Shown piece after piece: positions 1 through 9,059 of a DNA stretch of 64,000 nucleotides. Source of the DNA: an uncultured delta proteobacterium (lineage in GTDB: Bacteria; Desulfobacterota; Binatia; UBA9968); assembly GCA_963737905.1 (NCBI GenBank), contig CAVTUQ010000002.1, positions 480,001-544,000 of the forward strand, in the 5' to 3' direction. Numbering within the stretch: the stretch's first letter is position 1; each line of letters starts with the position of its first letter. Both the position numbers and the translations under genes were made by a program. The notes below the pieces were generated by a model that did no database searches, had not been told where the DNA came from, and saw only the letters and a list, made by a program, of their open reading frames with translations.

Positions 1-311
1 AGAACGCCGTCCCAAGTCAGCACGTCGGGATGAATTTGCAAGAAAATTGTGTCTCCGATCCGCCCTTCCTGACGAGCCAGGTATTCCATGGGATGGTTGT
101 TGCGGAAGCAGAGGTGCACATACCTGTCCATGCCTTTCATACCATCGGCGTCCTGACGCCATTCATTGCCACCTGGCCCAACTATATCGATGCTCTTCTT
201 CTTGAGTCTTACCATCGGATACAAACCGCCGTGGTCCCTGATCGAGGGTAGATTACGACGATCCGTGAAATGGAAGAGCAACGGAATGCAATCTGAAGAC
301 GGCCAAGGCAC
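1..311 (-). CDS. DarT-like (DUF4433) ssDNA ADP-ribosyltransferase toxin, 5' part; runs off the window
   Basis: Manual translation from GTG 311: MPWPSSDCIPLLFHFTDRRNLPSIRDHGGL...MDRYVHLCFRNNHPMEYLAR. Open to base 1, GAGGGA upstream. HFT..NL.SI and YV.L.F...PM motifs are typical of DUF4433. Confidence 0.7.
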   Translation of the reverse strand, partial: MPWPSSDCIPLLFHFTDRRNLPSIRDHGGLYPMVRLKKKSIDIVGPGGNEWRQDADGMKGMDRYVHLCFRNNHPMEYLARQEGRIGDTIFLQIHPDVLTWDGV

Positions 312-363
312 TCAACCTAACGATCCCTCAGTCGGTCCTGTTCCGGGCGGACAAGGTAATCAG

Positions 364-910
364 ATGACAGAAATCAGCGGTCAGAGGTCAGTGGTTCAGA
401 AATCAGAGGGCAGTACTATGAGCGGAGATGCTAGGCGCACGGAGCGTTTTCAGTGCGTGCCGTTTGCCACGGTAGTGAAACCGATCTCTGATCGCCGACT
501 TCTGATCTTTGGTTTATGCGCTATGCTCTTGGCGCTTTGCTCAGTCGTTCAGGCGCAGCAGCCGAAGAAAGTCCCACGCATAGGTTTCGTGTCATCAAGT
601 GGCGCCCCTAACAATTTCGGACCCTTGGTTGAAGCATTCCGGCGAGGGTTGCAAGACCTCGGATATGTCGAGGGAAAAAACATCCTGGTTGAGTATCGCT
701 ACATTGAGGGAAACCCGGATCGTATCCCAGGCTTAGTGGCCGAACTCATGCAACTCAAGGTGGATGTTCTTGTCGCCACCGCTCCACCTGCGATCCGCGA
801 AGCTAAGCAGGCGAGCAAGACGATGCCCATCGTCATGGTGACAACTCAGGATCCAGTTGCCACTGGTGTAGTCGATAGCTTAGCGCGCCCGGGCGGAAAC
901 ATCACCGGGC
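364..910 (+). pseudogene. ABC transporter substrate-binding protein (ABC_sub_bind family), N-terminal half, IS-interrupted; start codon uncertain
   Basis: AQQPKKVPRIGF...DPVATGVVDSLARPGGNITG; stops at the IS boundary. Confidence 0.85.
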
Positions 911-934
911 CCCTAATGTCAGGATAGATGTCGC

Positions 935-1477
935 GTGAAGCAAGAGCGGAAAAGTGGGGCGAGAGAGAAGAAGAAGCAAGTGAGTCAACAAAGGAGCGAG
1001 GAGTTTAGAAGAGCGGCAGTGGAAAAGTTTCAGAATCGAGGATCGCGGTCGGTGGAAGAAGTGGGGCGAGTGCTGGGAGTATCGAGCTGGTCGCTTTATC
1101 AATGGAGCAAGCGCTATGGTAAGACGGAGGTGATGAAAGCCCATCGCAGACCGGGAGATCGAAGCGTGCAAGAGAAACTGAGAGCAGTGATCGAGTTCGA
1201 AGGACTGGAGGTAGAAGAGCAGGGTGAGTACTTGCGGCGGGAAGGGCTCCATAGCGAACATATCGCGGGATGGAAGAAGAGCATGGAGGTGGGGCTGGAA
1301 TCGGGGGGCGGTGGATTAACGGCGGCCAATCGCAGCGAATGGGCGGCGGACAAGAAAAAGATCAAGGAGTTGGAGAGAGATCTTTCTCGCAAGGAAAAGG
1401 CGTTGGCGGAGACGACGGCGTTGTTGGTGCTGAAAAAAAAAGCAGACTTGATCTGGGGCAGCGGAGAGGAGCAGTGA
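935..1477 (+). CDS. IS3-family transposase OrfA (HTH + leucine zipper)
   Basis: KIKELERDLSRKEKALAETTALLVLKKK; A9G slippery run at 1433-1442. Confidence 0.88.
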   Translation: MKQERKSGAREKKKQVSQQRSEEFRRAAVEKFQNRGSRSVEEVGRVLGVSSWSLYQWSKRYGKTEVMKAHRRPGDRSVQEKLRAVIEFEGLEVEEQGEYLRREGLHSEHIAGWKKSMEVGLESGGGGLTAANRSEWAADKKKIKELERDLSRKEKALAETTALLVLKKKADLIWGSGEEQ

Positions 1478-2757
1478 GCGTGGAAGATCGCGGTCGCTGT
1501 ATAGAGCTGATCGAGCAAGCCAGGGCCAGTGGCGCGGGGCGGGTGGCTTCTTGCGAAGTGCTGGAGGTGAGTCTACGGACGGTGGAGCGCTGGGAGAAAG
1601 ATCCTGACCCGGGCGATCAGCGACGGGGGCCGAAGAGCGTGTGTGGGCATGCGCTGAGCGAGAAAGAGAAACAAGCCATTGTGGAAGTGTCCAATAGCCC
1701 AGCGTATCGCGATCTGTCGCCGTGGCAGATGGTGGCGCGGTTAGCCGACGCTGGGCAGTATCTGGGATCGGAGAGCAGTTTTTACCGGGTGTTAAAACAA
1801 AACCAGTTGCTGTCGCACCGTCAAAACAGTAAGCCGCGCGTTTGGCGCCGGCCCAAGGATTTGCTAGCGCGCCATCCCAACGAGGTGTGGAGCTGGGACA
1901 TCACGTATCTGAACAGCCCGGTGCGCGGGGCCTATTATTATTTGTACTTGGTCGAAGACATTTTCAGCCGGATGATCGTGGGCTGGACCGTTGAAGAACT
2001 GGAGAGCGCCGAACATGGAGCACGGTTGATCGATCGGATCTGTCAAGAGCAAGGGATTGCCAGAGGGCAGCTGACGTTACATTCGGACAATGGCGCCCCG
2101 ATGAAAGGGGCCACCTTGTTGGCGACTCTGGAGCGGCTGGGAGTGGCGGCGTCTTTTAGTCGTCCCGCGGTGAGCGATGACAACCCATATTCTGAATCGC
2201 TGTTCAAAACCCTGAAGTACCGTCCCTCCTATCCCGACAGCGCCTTTAGCGGGATCGATCAAGCCCGACAGTGGGTGGGTGGTTTTGTGCAGTGGTACAA
2301 CACTGAGCATCTTCATAGCGCGATTCGTTTTGTCACGCCCAGCTCTCGACACCTGGGATTGGACAAAGCGATTCTAGCCAAGCGTGTGGCGGTGTATGAA
2401 AAGGCCAAGCAGTTAAACCCGCTGCGCTGGTCGGGGCAGACGCGCAACTGGGTGCCGATCATCGAAGTGTGTCTCAATCCTAAAAAGCACAACAGCGAAA
2501 CCGACGAGGAACTATCCCTCGATCCTGCCTCGCCAACAATCTCGGTCATGAGTGAGGCCCTCAAGCAATTTTCCGATATCGACTGGGTCGGCCCGAAAAA
2601 CGACTTCCATAAATGCCCTATAACGAACGCTGGCGATGTGGGTGAGGGTGTACCTAGGGTCAAAAATCAGCCGAGCGATGATACACCATCGCTCTTGGAC
2701 TCCGGGCTTCGTTTCACAGTGAACAGTCATTGTCCAACGTCAGAGAATCTCAATTGA
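1474..2757 (+). CDS. IS3-family transposase OrfB (DDE integrase core), -1 frame relative to OrfA
   Basis: WSWDITYL, LHSDNG, SDDNPYSESLFKTLKY, WYNTEHLHS motifs. Confidence 0.92.
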   Translation: MSVEDRGRCIELIEQARASGAGRVASCEVLEVSLRTVERWEKDPDPGDQRRGPKSVCGHALSEKEKQAIVEVSNSPAYRDLSPWQMVARLADAGQYLGSESSFYRVLKQNQLLSHRQNSKPRVWRRPKDLLARHPNEVWSWDITYLNSPVRGAYYYLYLVEDIFSRMIVGWTVEELESAEHGARLIDRICQEQGIARGQLTLHSDNGAPMKGATLLATLERLGVAASFSRPAVSDDNPYSESLFKTLKYRPSYPDSAFSGIDQARQWVGGFVQWYNTEHLHSAIRFVTPSSRHLGLDKAILAKRVAVYEKAKQLNPLRWSGQTRNWVPIIEVCLNPKKHNSETDEELSLDPASPTISVMSEALKQFSDIDWVGPKNDFHKCPITNAGDVGEGVPRVKNQPSDDTPSLLDSGLRFTVNSHCPTSENLN

Positions 2758-2797
2758 ACAATCAATGCGACATCTATCTTGAAATTTTTCGCCGGGC

Positions 2798-3366
2798 TAA
2801 CTCAACTCACGCAAGACTTAAGTGGAAAACGTCTCGAGTTGCTCAAGGAAGTGATCCCGAGTATATCACGCGTTGGAGTTCTCACAGTGGCGGCCCCTAC
2901 AGGCCTGGGAGGTGCGCAAAAAGAGTATGAGGTTGCAGCAAACGCACTAAAAATACCGATACAAACCCTACAGGTAATACGAGATCCGAACCCTGATTTG
3001 GAAGGCGCATTTCGAGAGGCGCGCAAGGGACGCGTGAGCGCGCTCATAGTGACCAGAAACGCCGTGCTCACACCCCACACAAAAAAGATTGTGGACCTTG
3101 CCATAAAGAACCGATTGCCTTCAATGCACGAGGTAAGTGATCGCGTAGAAGCCGGCGGTCTCATGTCCTATGGAGCCAACGATGGTGAAATTTACCGCCG
3201 TGCGGCTGTGTACGTCGACAAAATTCTTAAAGGCGCCAAGCCCGCTGATCTACCCGTCGAACAGCCGACGAAGTTCGAACTTGTTTTCAATCTCAAGACC
3301 GCCAAGCAAATCGGCCTGACGATTCCACCAAATGTGTTGGCGAGAGCAGATAAGGTAATCAGATAG
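2798..3366 (+). pseudogene. ABC substrate-binding protein, C-terminal half of the IS-split gene
   Basis: LSGKRLELLKE...YVDKILKGAKPADLPVEQPTKFELVFNLKTAKQIGLTIPPNVLARADKVIR. Confidence 0.88.
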
Positions 3367-3369
3367 CCG

Positions 3370-3469
3370 CGAGGGGTGAAACGTCAGGAGTGAGGCGTAA
3401 GACGAAAACAATGAGAAAAAACATTTTTGGTGTAGCTCTTTACGTTCTACTCTTGCCGCTTTGCTTTTC
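3370..3469 (+). repeat. Heptamer-period imperfect inverted repeat (hairpin) enclosing the SBP start codon
   Basis: CGAGGGG TGAAACG TCAGGAG TGAGGCG TAAGACG pairs with CTTTACG TTCTACT CTTGCCG CTTTGCT TTTC; most non-Watson-Crick positions are G-U. Confidence 0.7.
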
Positions 3470-4400
3470 CGCTGAGGCGCAGCAGCCAACGAAACTCCCT
3501 CGCATCGGATACCTTTCCGGCACCGGCGACAGCACGAACCCAGGACCTTACATTGAAGCGCTGCGGCAAGGGCTGAAGGCTCTCGGTTACGTCGATGGCA
3601 AAAACGTTACTATCGAATATCGCGGCGCTGGAGGTGAGTTGGGGCGAACGAGGGAATTCATTGCCGAGTTGATTGGCCTCAAGGTTGACGTGCTTATCCT
3701 GCCAACGCCGGAAGCAATCCGTGCCGCCAAGCAGGCTACTAAGACTATTCCAATCGTCATCGTGACTGGTGGTGACCCGGTCGCTAATGGATTCATCGAC
3801 AGTTTGGCGCATCCCGGCGGCAATATAACCGGCCTTTACACGCAGAGCGTCGAGTTAAATGGCAAACGACTCGAGCTGCTCAAGGAAGTGGTGCCGCAGT
3901 TGACCCGCGTCGGCCTGCTGCGCAATCCCAATACGGCGCCCGCCGCGACTGTATTCAAAGAATATGAAACCGCGGCGCATGCGTTGAAGTTGCAGATTCA
4001 CTCACTGGACGTCGGTGGCGACAAGCCGGATCTGCCTAGAGCGTTCCAGGCTGCGGTAAAGGCGCGTGTTCAAGCTATCGTTACGGTGACCAATGCGCAG
4101 CTCCTGCTCCGACAAGCGCGCATCGTTGAACTGGCGCTCAAACATCGTCTGCCGTCGCTTTTTCAATCCAGCAGTTGGGTCGAGGCTGGCGGATTCATGT
4201 CCTACTCGACCAATGAGATCGACGTCTTTCGCCGCGCTGCTAGCTACGTGCATAAGATACTAAACGGTACCAAGCCTGCCGATCTCCCGGTAGAGCAACC
4301 GACGAAGTTTGAATTTGTCATCAATCTGAAGACCGCCAAGCAAATCGGCCTGACGATTCCGCAGTGGGTTCTAACGCGGGCGGACAGGGTGATTCGGTGA
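3411..4400 (+). CDS. ABC transporter substrate-binding protein (ABC_sub_bind family)
   Basis: Signal peptide, AQQPTKLPRIGYL, PGGNITG, PADLPVEQPTKFEF; full length. Confidence 0.92.
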   Translation: MRKNIFGVALYVLLLPLCFSAEAQQPTKLPRIGYLSGTGDSTNPGPYIEALRQGLKALGYVDGKNVTIEYRGAGGELGRTREFIAELIGLKVDVLILPTPEAIRAAKQATKTIPIVIVTGGDPVANGFIDSLAHPGGNITGLYTQSVELNGKRLELLKEVVPQLTRVGLLRNPNTAPAATVFKEYETAAHALKLQIHSLDVGGDKPDLPRAFQAAVKARVQAIVTVTNAQLLLRQARIVELALKHRLPSLFQSSSWVEAGGFMSYSTNEIDVFRRAASYVHKILNGTKPADLPVEQPTKFEFVINLKTAKQIGLTIPQWVLTRADRVIR

Positions 4401-4401
4401 A

Positions 4402-4503
4402 AGAGCGCAAAGTGCTTGGAGCAAAGGGCAAAACGGGAGGGAACTCATGCGAAAGGGACTCTTTGGGTTTACGTTTAGCGCTATGCTCTTGGCGCTTTGC
4501 TCG
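4402..4503 (+). repeat. Heptamer-period inverted repeat enclosing the RBS and ATG of the third SBP gene
   Basis: GCAAAGTGCTTGGAGCAAAGGGCAAAACG pairs with CGTTTAGCGCTATGCTCTTGGCGCTTTGC; the loop holds GGAGG and ATG 4447. Confidence 0.75.
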
Positions 4504-5424
4504 TTCGCTGAGGCGCAGCAGCCGAAGAAAATGCCTCGGATCGGATATGTGTCCGTGAGCGGCAATGCCAAAAACCCTGGAAGGTTCGTCGAGGCATTTC
4601 GCCAAGGGCTTCGGGACATCGGGTACATAGAAGGGAAAAACATCGCGGTCGAATACCGCTATCCCGGATCACAGCCAGAACTCGTGCCTGGTTTCGTGGC
4701 CGAGTTGGTGCAACTCAAGGTGGACATCCTGGTCAGCTCGAGCACAGGGGCGCTTAAGGCAGCCAAGGAAGCGACAAAAACTATCCCGATTGTCATGATT
4801 ACTTCGCAAGACCCGGTCGCCACCGGAATGGTCGAGAGCTTGGCGCAGCCGGGTGCAAATATCACTGGGGTCACGAGACTTACCCACGAGCTAAGTGGGA
4901 AACGGCTGGAACTGTTCAAGGAAGTCGTCCCCCAGATCTCACGCGTCGGAATCCTCGCGGGAACAGGATCGAACAGTTTGCCGGCATACGAGCCCGTGGC
5001 GAACGCCCTTAAGATCTCCCTTGACTTGTTCGAGGTAGGCGATCCGAGCGTGGATTTGGCAGGCGCTTTTCAAACCATACTCAAAAAGCGTGTGAATGGG
5101 CTGATCACGGTCGGCAGTCGCCGGATCAATCCTGGCAGAAAGCAAATCCTGGAGTTTGTCGCGAAGAACCGCTTGCCTTCGATGTTTGAAGTCAGCAGCT
5201 GGGTAGATTCCGGTGGACTCGTGTCTTATTCAGCTGACGATCTAGCCGCGTTTAGCCGTGCCGCCGTTTTCGTCGACAAGATATTGAAAGGAACGAAGCC
5301 CGCCGACTTACCCGTAGAACAGGCGCAAAAATTTGAGTTTGTGATCAATCTGAAAACCGCGAAAGCACTCAATCTAACAATCCCGCAGTCAGTGCTGTTC
5401 CGGGCGGATAGGGTGATCAAGTAG
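4447..5424 (+). CDS. ABC transporter substrate-binding protein (ABC_sub_bind family)
   Basis: Same family motifs; GGAGG RBS; full length. Confidence 0.93.
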   Translation: MRKGLFGFTFSAMLLALCSFAEAQQPKKMPRIGYVSVSGNAKNPGRFVEAFRQGLRDIGYIEGKNIAVEYRYPGSQPELVPGFVAELVQLKVDILVSSSTGALKAAKEATKTIPIVMITSQDPVATGMVESLAQPGANITGVTRLTHELSGKRLELFKEVVPQISRVGILAGTGSNSLPAYEPVANALKISLDLFEVGDPSVDLAGAFQTILKKRVNGLITVGSRRINPGRKQILEFVAKNRLPSMFEVSSWVDSGGLVSYSADDLAAFSRAAVFVDKILKGTKPADLPVEQAQKFEFVINLKTAKALNLTIPQSVLFRADRVIK

Positions 5425-5462
5425 GCGTGAGCCGTGAGGCGGCAGGAGCAGGAGTGAAATTC

Positions 5463-6445
5463 ATGAAGAAACTTCTTGTCTGGTTACTGGCACCTTTCTT
5501 TGTGGCAACTATTTCTTCGACTGAAGCTCAGGAGGCGGTAAAAATGCCACGGATAGGATTTATGACTGCGACTGGCGATGCCAAGACGCCTGGGCCTCAG
5601 GTCGAGGGATTCCGGCAAGGGCTGAAGGAGCTCGGTTATATCGAGGGGAAAAACTGCGTGGTTGAGTATCGCTACGAGTCATACGGGAGGGGCCACCGGG
5701 AACTCGTGGCCGAACTCCTGCAACTCAAGGTCGGCGTGCTTGTCGTTGGATCTCTACCAGCAATTCGTGCAGCCAAGGCGGCGACCAAAACGGTTCCCAT
5801 TGTCATAGTGACAGTTCAAGATCCCGTTGCGTCTGGGTATATCGACAGCTTGGCGCATCCCGGCGGGAATATTCGGGGCTCACCAGACTCACTCGAGAAT
5901 TGAGCGGAAAACGGCTGGAATTGCTTGCGGAGGTGGTGCCAAGGATATCGCGCGTCGGGGTCCTTTGGGATGCGGGCGGTCAAAGCGCGGCTATTGGTTT
6001 TAAAGAGTATGAGGCCGCGGCGCGCGCTCTAAAGATACCGCTTCAATCGCTAGGAGTGCGCAAGCCGAACCCCGATTTTGAAGGCGTATTTCGAGCCGCG
6101 GTGAAGGGGCGCACGAACGCGCTCATCATGATTAGAAATCCCTTGCTCACTAGTAACCAAAAGCAGATCGCCAATCTTGCCATAGAGAACCGTTTACCTT
6201 CAATGAACGAGACAAGTGACTTTGTTGAGGCCGGTGGCTTAGCGTCCTATTCAGCAAACGATGCCGATCAGTTCAGGCGCGCCGCATACTACGTCGACAA
6301 AATTCTCAAAGGAACCAAGCCTGCTGACTTGCCCGTAGAGCAGCCGACGAAGTTTGAGTTTGTCGTCAACTTGAAAACTGCCAAGCAGATCGGATTAATC
6401 GTTCCACCCAATGTTTTGGCTAGAGCAGATCGAGTTATCCGATGA
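5463..6445 (+). pseudogene. ABC substrate-binding protein with a 1-bp frameshift near 5874 (possibly a sequencing error)
   Basis: ORFs 5427-5903 and 5900-6445 are the two halves; AATATTCGGGGCTC lacks one base of the expected N-I-T-G-L codons. Confidence 0.85.
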
Positions 6446-6477
6446 TCCGCCAATCTAAAATTACAGATTGTGAGGCG

Positions 6478-6522
6478 ATCCCGCCGAAAGGCCTGGCGCA
6501 AGCGGACAGGGTGATTCGGTGA
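6478..6522 (+). pseudogene. Orphan 3'-terminal stub of another SBP paralog
   Basis: Translates IPPKGLAQADRVIR*; GCGGACAGGGTGATTCGGTGA is identical to the end of the gene at 4380-4400. Confidence 0.7.
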
Positions 6523-6533
6523 GCGGTGAGGAC

Positions 6534-7103
6534 TCAAGCCCAGAGATCCGAGAGCTGAATAGAAAGACCGGGAAAAAGCGATGGAACAAACGCCTCAGCG
6601 TCTCGGGCGCCAGCGGCCAAGTCATAGTGGTCTATGGCTAACTCATAAGCCTCGATGGTCCGTTGATCAGGATCTAGAAGCCAGTAGTGGGGAACCTGAT
6701 GCTTGGCGTATAGCTGGGCCTTGGTCAGGCGGTCGGTGCGGTGAGTACTTGGTGAAAGAATCTCGATGAGGAGAGTTGGAGACCCTTCGATGGCCCTCTC
6801 CGTAATAATATGACGGCGATCGTTACCAACGAAGATGAGATCCGGTTGCACGACTGTCGTGGGAGCAAGAATCAGGTCAGTAGGCGCCGCATAGATGTCG
6901 CCAAGCCGGTTGGCCACAATATGGTTGGCAAGAATCCGGTGAAGGTGGCTAGAAATACTCTGATGTTTTGTACGCGGCGCCGGCGTCACGGAAAGCTCTC
7001 CATCGAGGATCTCGTAACGGTTGCGGTCATTGGGCAAGAGACAATAGTCGTCATACGTGAGGACGATCTTACCCTGAGGGATACTTTGAGTAAAAGTAGA
7101 CAC
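6534..7103 (-). CDS. Uma2/DUF820 family endonuclease
   Basis: LTYDDY..LP...RYEILDGEL, VVQPDL, LLIEILSPST...D...K..LY, YWLLDP; likely GTG start at 7103. Confidence 0.9.
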   Translation of the reverse strand: MSTFTQSIPQGKIVLTYDDYCLLPNDRNRYEILDGELSVTPAPRTKHQSISSHLHRILANHIVANRLGDIYAAPTDLILAPTTVVQPDLIFVGNDRRHIITERAIEGSPTLLIEILSPSTHRTDRLTKAQLYAKHQVPHYWLLDPDQRTIEAYELAIDHYDLAAGARDAEAFVPSLFPGLSIQLSDLWA

Positions 7104-7282
7104 AGCGGAAGCTCTTTGAAAGTGTCCTTTCGACTTCTCACTAAGCAGGTTGTAGCAACTCGATTTGCTTGTCAAGCACGGGTGATCTGACCTGCGTGTG
7201 GTGCTTATGATGAACATCCGAGCAGTCTTGCTCTGCGGTGCGACTCTTCAAGTCTTCCTCCAGGTAAAGGTTTATCCCATAT

Positions 7283-8607
7283 CACTACTGTCCCAACGTT
7301 AATTGAACAAAATCAGTTGTTTGCTGTTATCGAGCATTTTTTCCGACTCATCGAACTGCGAAAGTACTTGTATGAGCGGAGTTTTCTCCATGGTTGTCAC
7401 GCTCAGGATCTGTAGAATCGAGTATAAGCTGTGATCGAGATTCAAGCGCTTTTTGATGATCGCCACCAACACGTAGATCGAGATGGCAATCCAGATCTGT
7501 GTCTTCACGGCATTGTCGCTGGTGCCATAGAAGGCTTTGATACGAAGGTGTTGCTTGATCCACTTGAAGAACAATTCCACCTGCCAGCGGCATCGATACA
7601 ATTGGGCGATGATTAAAGCCGGTAAGGTAAAATTGTTGGTCAGAAAAACCAGAGCTTTGTTGGTTTGCTGATCGAAATAACGGATGCGACGCAGCTTTTC
7701 GGGATAATCTTTTTGAGCGTAGAAACCGCAAAGCACCACGGTTTGATCGCAGCGAAGGCCGGTGGCTTTGTTGACTCGGTGAGAGTAAAGGCGTTGGAAG
7801 CGAAAGTTCTTCTTGGCTCTGGTGACAAAGAAGGCCGAATCTTGCTGGATGCGGTAAAGCCGAGCGAAGTCCACGTAGCCCCGGTCCATCACGTAGATCG
7901 ACCCTGGCTCCCAAAAAAGCTCGTCCATGATGTTCACATCGTGGACCGCTCCCGTAGTAACAATCACGGTGGTGGGGATGCTGGCACGTAAATCCAAAAG
8001 GGTATGAAGCTTCACGGCGGCCTTGCGCTTTCGAAACTTCGCCCAAGGGAATAGCGTCAGACACAGATCGACGACGGTCGAATCTAAGGCATAGGCGGTT
8101 TGATCGAGCTGAACTTGGAGAGGATCTCCCACATAAAGTTCTCTGGCGTTTTGAATCAGGGCTTGGGCAAAGTCTTGGTAGATTCTCCAGTCGCGCACCT
8201 CGTTGGCGTGAGCTAGGGTGTTGCGAGAGACCTTGCCGCGAATGCCCATGTGATAAAGCTTTTCGCCCGCAGCTCTCAAACAGGTCTCGATGTCTCTGAG
8301 ACTTTCGCGATAGGTAAGCTGAGCAAAGGCCATCGATAGAAACTGGTCCCAGCATGAAAAGCTTTTCACTTTGTGGTTGCCGTGATAGCGATCCACACAG
8401 AGGCGGAATTCGTATGAGGGCACAAAGTCCATCAGTTGAGAGAACACCGTCTTTCCTGAATTCATTAGCCATCTCCTTGCGCGGGGATACGCAAGTGTGG
8501 CTTTGGAGCGTTTTTGATTTCAAATCGATAAATTGCATTTTCAACAAAAAGTTAAGTCTTTTTAATAGCTTTTACCGGTTCACGATTTCAACGTTGGGAC
8601 AGTAGTG
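7283..8607 (-). mobile_element. IS4-family insertion sequence (1325 bp)
   Basis: Perfect 18-bp IR CACTACTGTCCCAACGTT (7283-7300 / 8590-8607); 9-bp target duplication ATCCCATAT (7274-7282 / 8608-8616). Confidence 0.96.
7299..8465 (-). CDS. IS4-family transposase (DUF4372 + DDE_Tnp_1)
   Basis: LDST, MDRGY, YRCRWQVELFFKWIKQHL motifs. Confidence 0.95.
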   Translation of the reverse strand: MNSGKTVFSQLMDFVPSYEFRLCVDRYHGNHKVKSFSCWDQFLSMAFAQLTYRESLRDIETCLRAAGEKLYHMGIRGKVSRNTLAHANEVRDWRIYQDFAQALIQNARELYVGDPLQVQLDQTAYALDSTVVDLCLTLFPWAKFRKRKAAVKLHTLLDLRASIPTTVIVTTGAVHDVNIMDELFWEPGSIYVMDRGYVDFARLYRIQQDSAFFVTRAKKNFRFQRLYSHRVNKATGLRCDQTVVLCGFYAQKDYPEKLRRIRYFDQQTNKALVFLTNNFTLPALIIAQLYRCRWQVELFFKWIKQHLRIKAFYGTSDNAVKTQIWIAISIYVLVAIIKKRLNLDHSLYSILQILSVTTMEKTPLIQVLSQFDESEKMLDNSKQLILFN

Positions 8608-9031
8608 ATCCCATATCTACTTTGATGCCGTTCTTGGCGCACTCTTCTTCATACATTCTGCGCATCGAGTCATCTTCGTCTTCGAACTCGATCTGCTCGA
8701 TGCCCTTTTCTTCTTTCTGCACCGCGGTATTGGCGTGCAGGGCGACGAATTTACAGGGCTCGTTGCCGGTGTTGTAGTGCTGGTGCCAGGTGCCCGCCGG
8801 CGGCGAGATGCAGGTTCCCTCGTGCCAGTCGTACCGTTCCGGTTTTTCCCCTTCGTTCCACATCAGGGTATAGCCGGTGGAGTCTAGCAGAAAGACATGA
8901 GCGCCGGGACCGTGGCGGTGGGCCTTTTTGTAGCGGCCCACGGGAAACTGCGACACGTGCGCGAGCATGGCGCTGCCGGACATGTGGATATACATGTTGC
9001 GCGTGCCCTTGCCGCGCTTCTCGCGCGGCAC
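8608..9031 (-). pseudogene. 5'-truncated paralog of the cupin gene at 14172-15227
   Basis: PREKRGKGTRNMYIHMSGSAML...KVDMG nearly matches the C-terminal part of 14172-15227; IS4 sits in its stop codon. Confidence 0.85.
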
Positions 9032-9059
9032 AATTCAGGAAATGGGGTCAAGTCAGCTT

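Larger units (their letters stand above)
911..2791 (+). mobile_element. IS3-family insertion sequence (~1.88 kb)
   Basis: CCGGGC direct repeat at 905-910 and 2792-2797. Subterminal IR TCAGGATAGATGTCGC / GCGACATCTATCTTGA. Removing the element restores ...GNITG-LTQLTQDLSGKRL. Confidence 0.9.

Noticed and set aside
364-6522. Integron or diversity-generating retroelement behind the SBP array
   Set aside because: No integrase, reverse transcriptase, attC core sites or adenine-specific template/variable repeat pair seen.
7348-8547. 399-aa same-strand alternative-frame ORF over the IS4 transposase
   Set aside because: Ser/Arg/Leu-rich with no motif; best explained as a shadow frame of the transposase.
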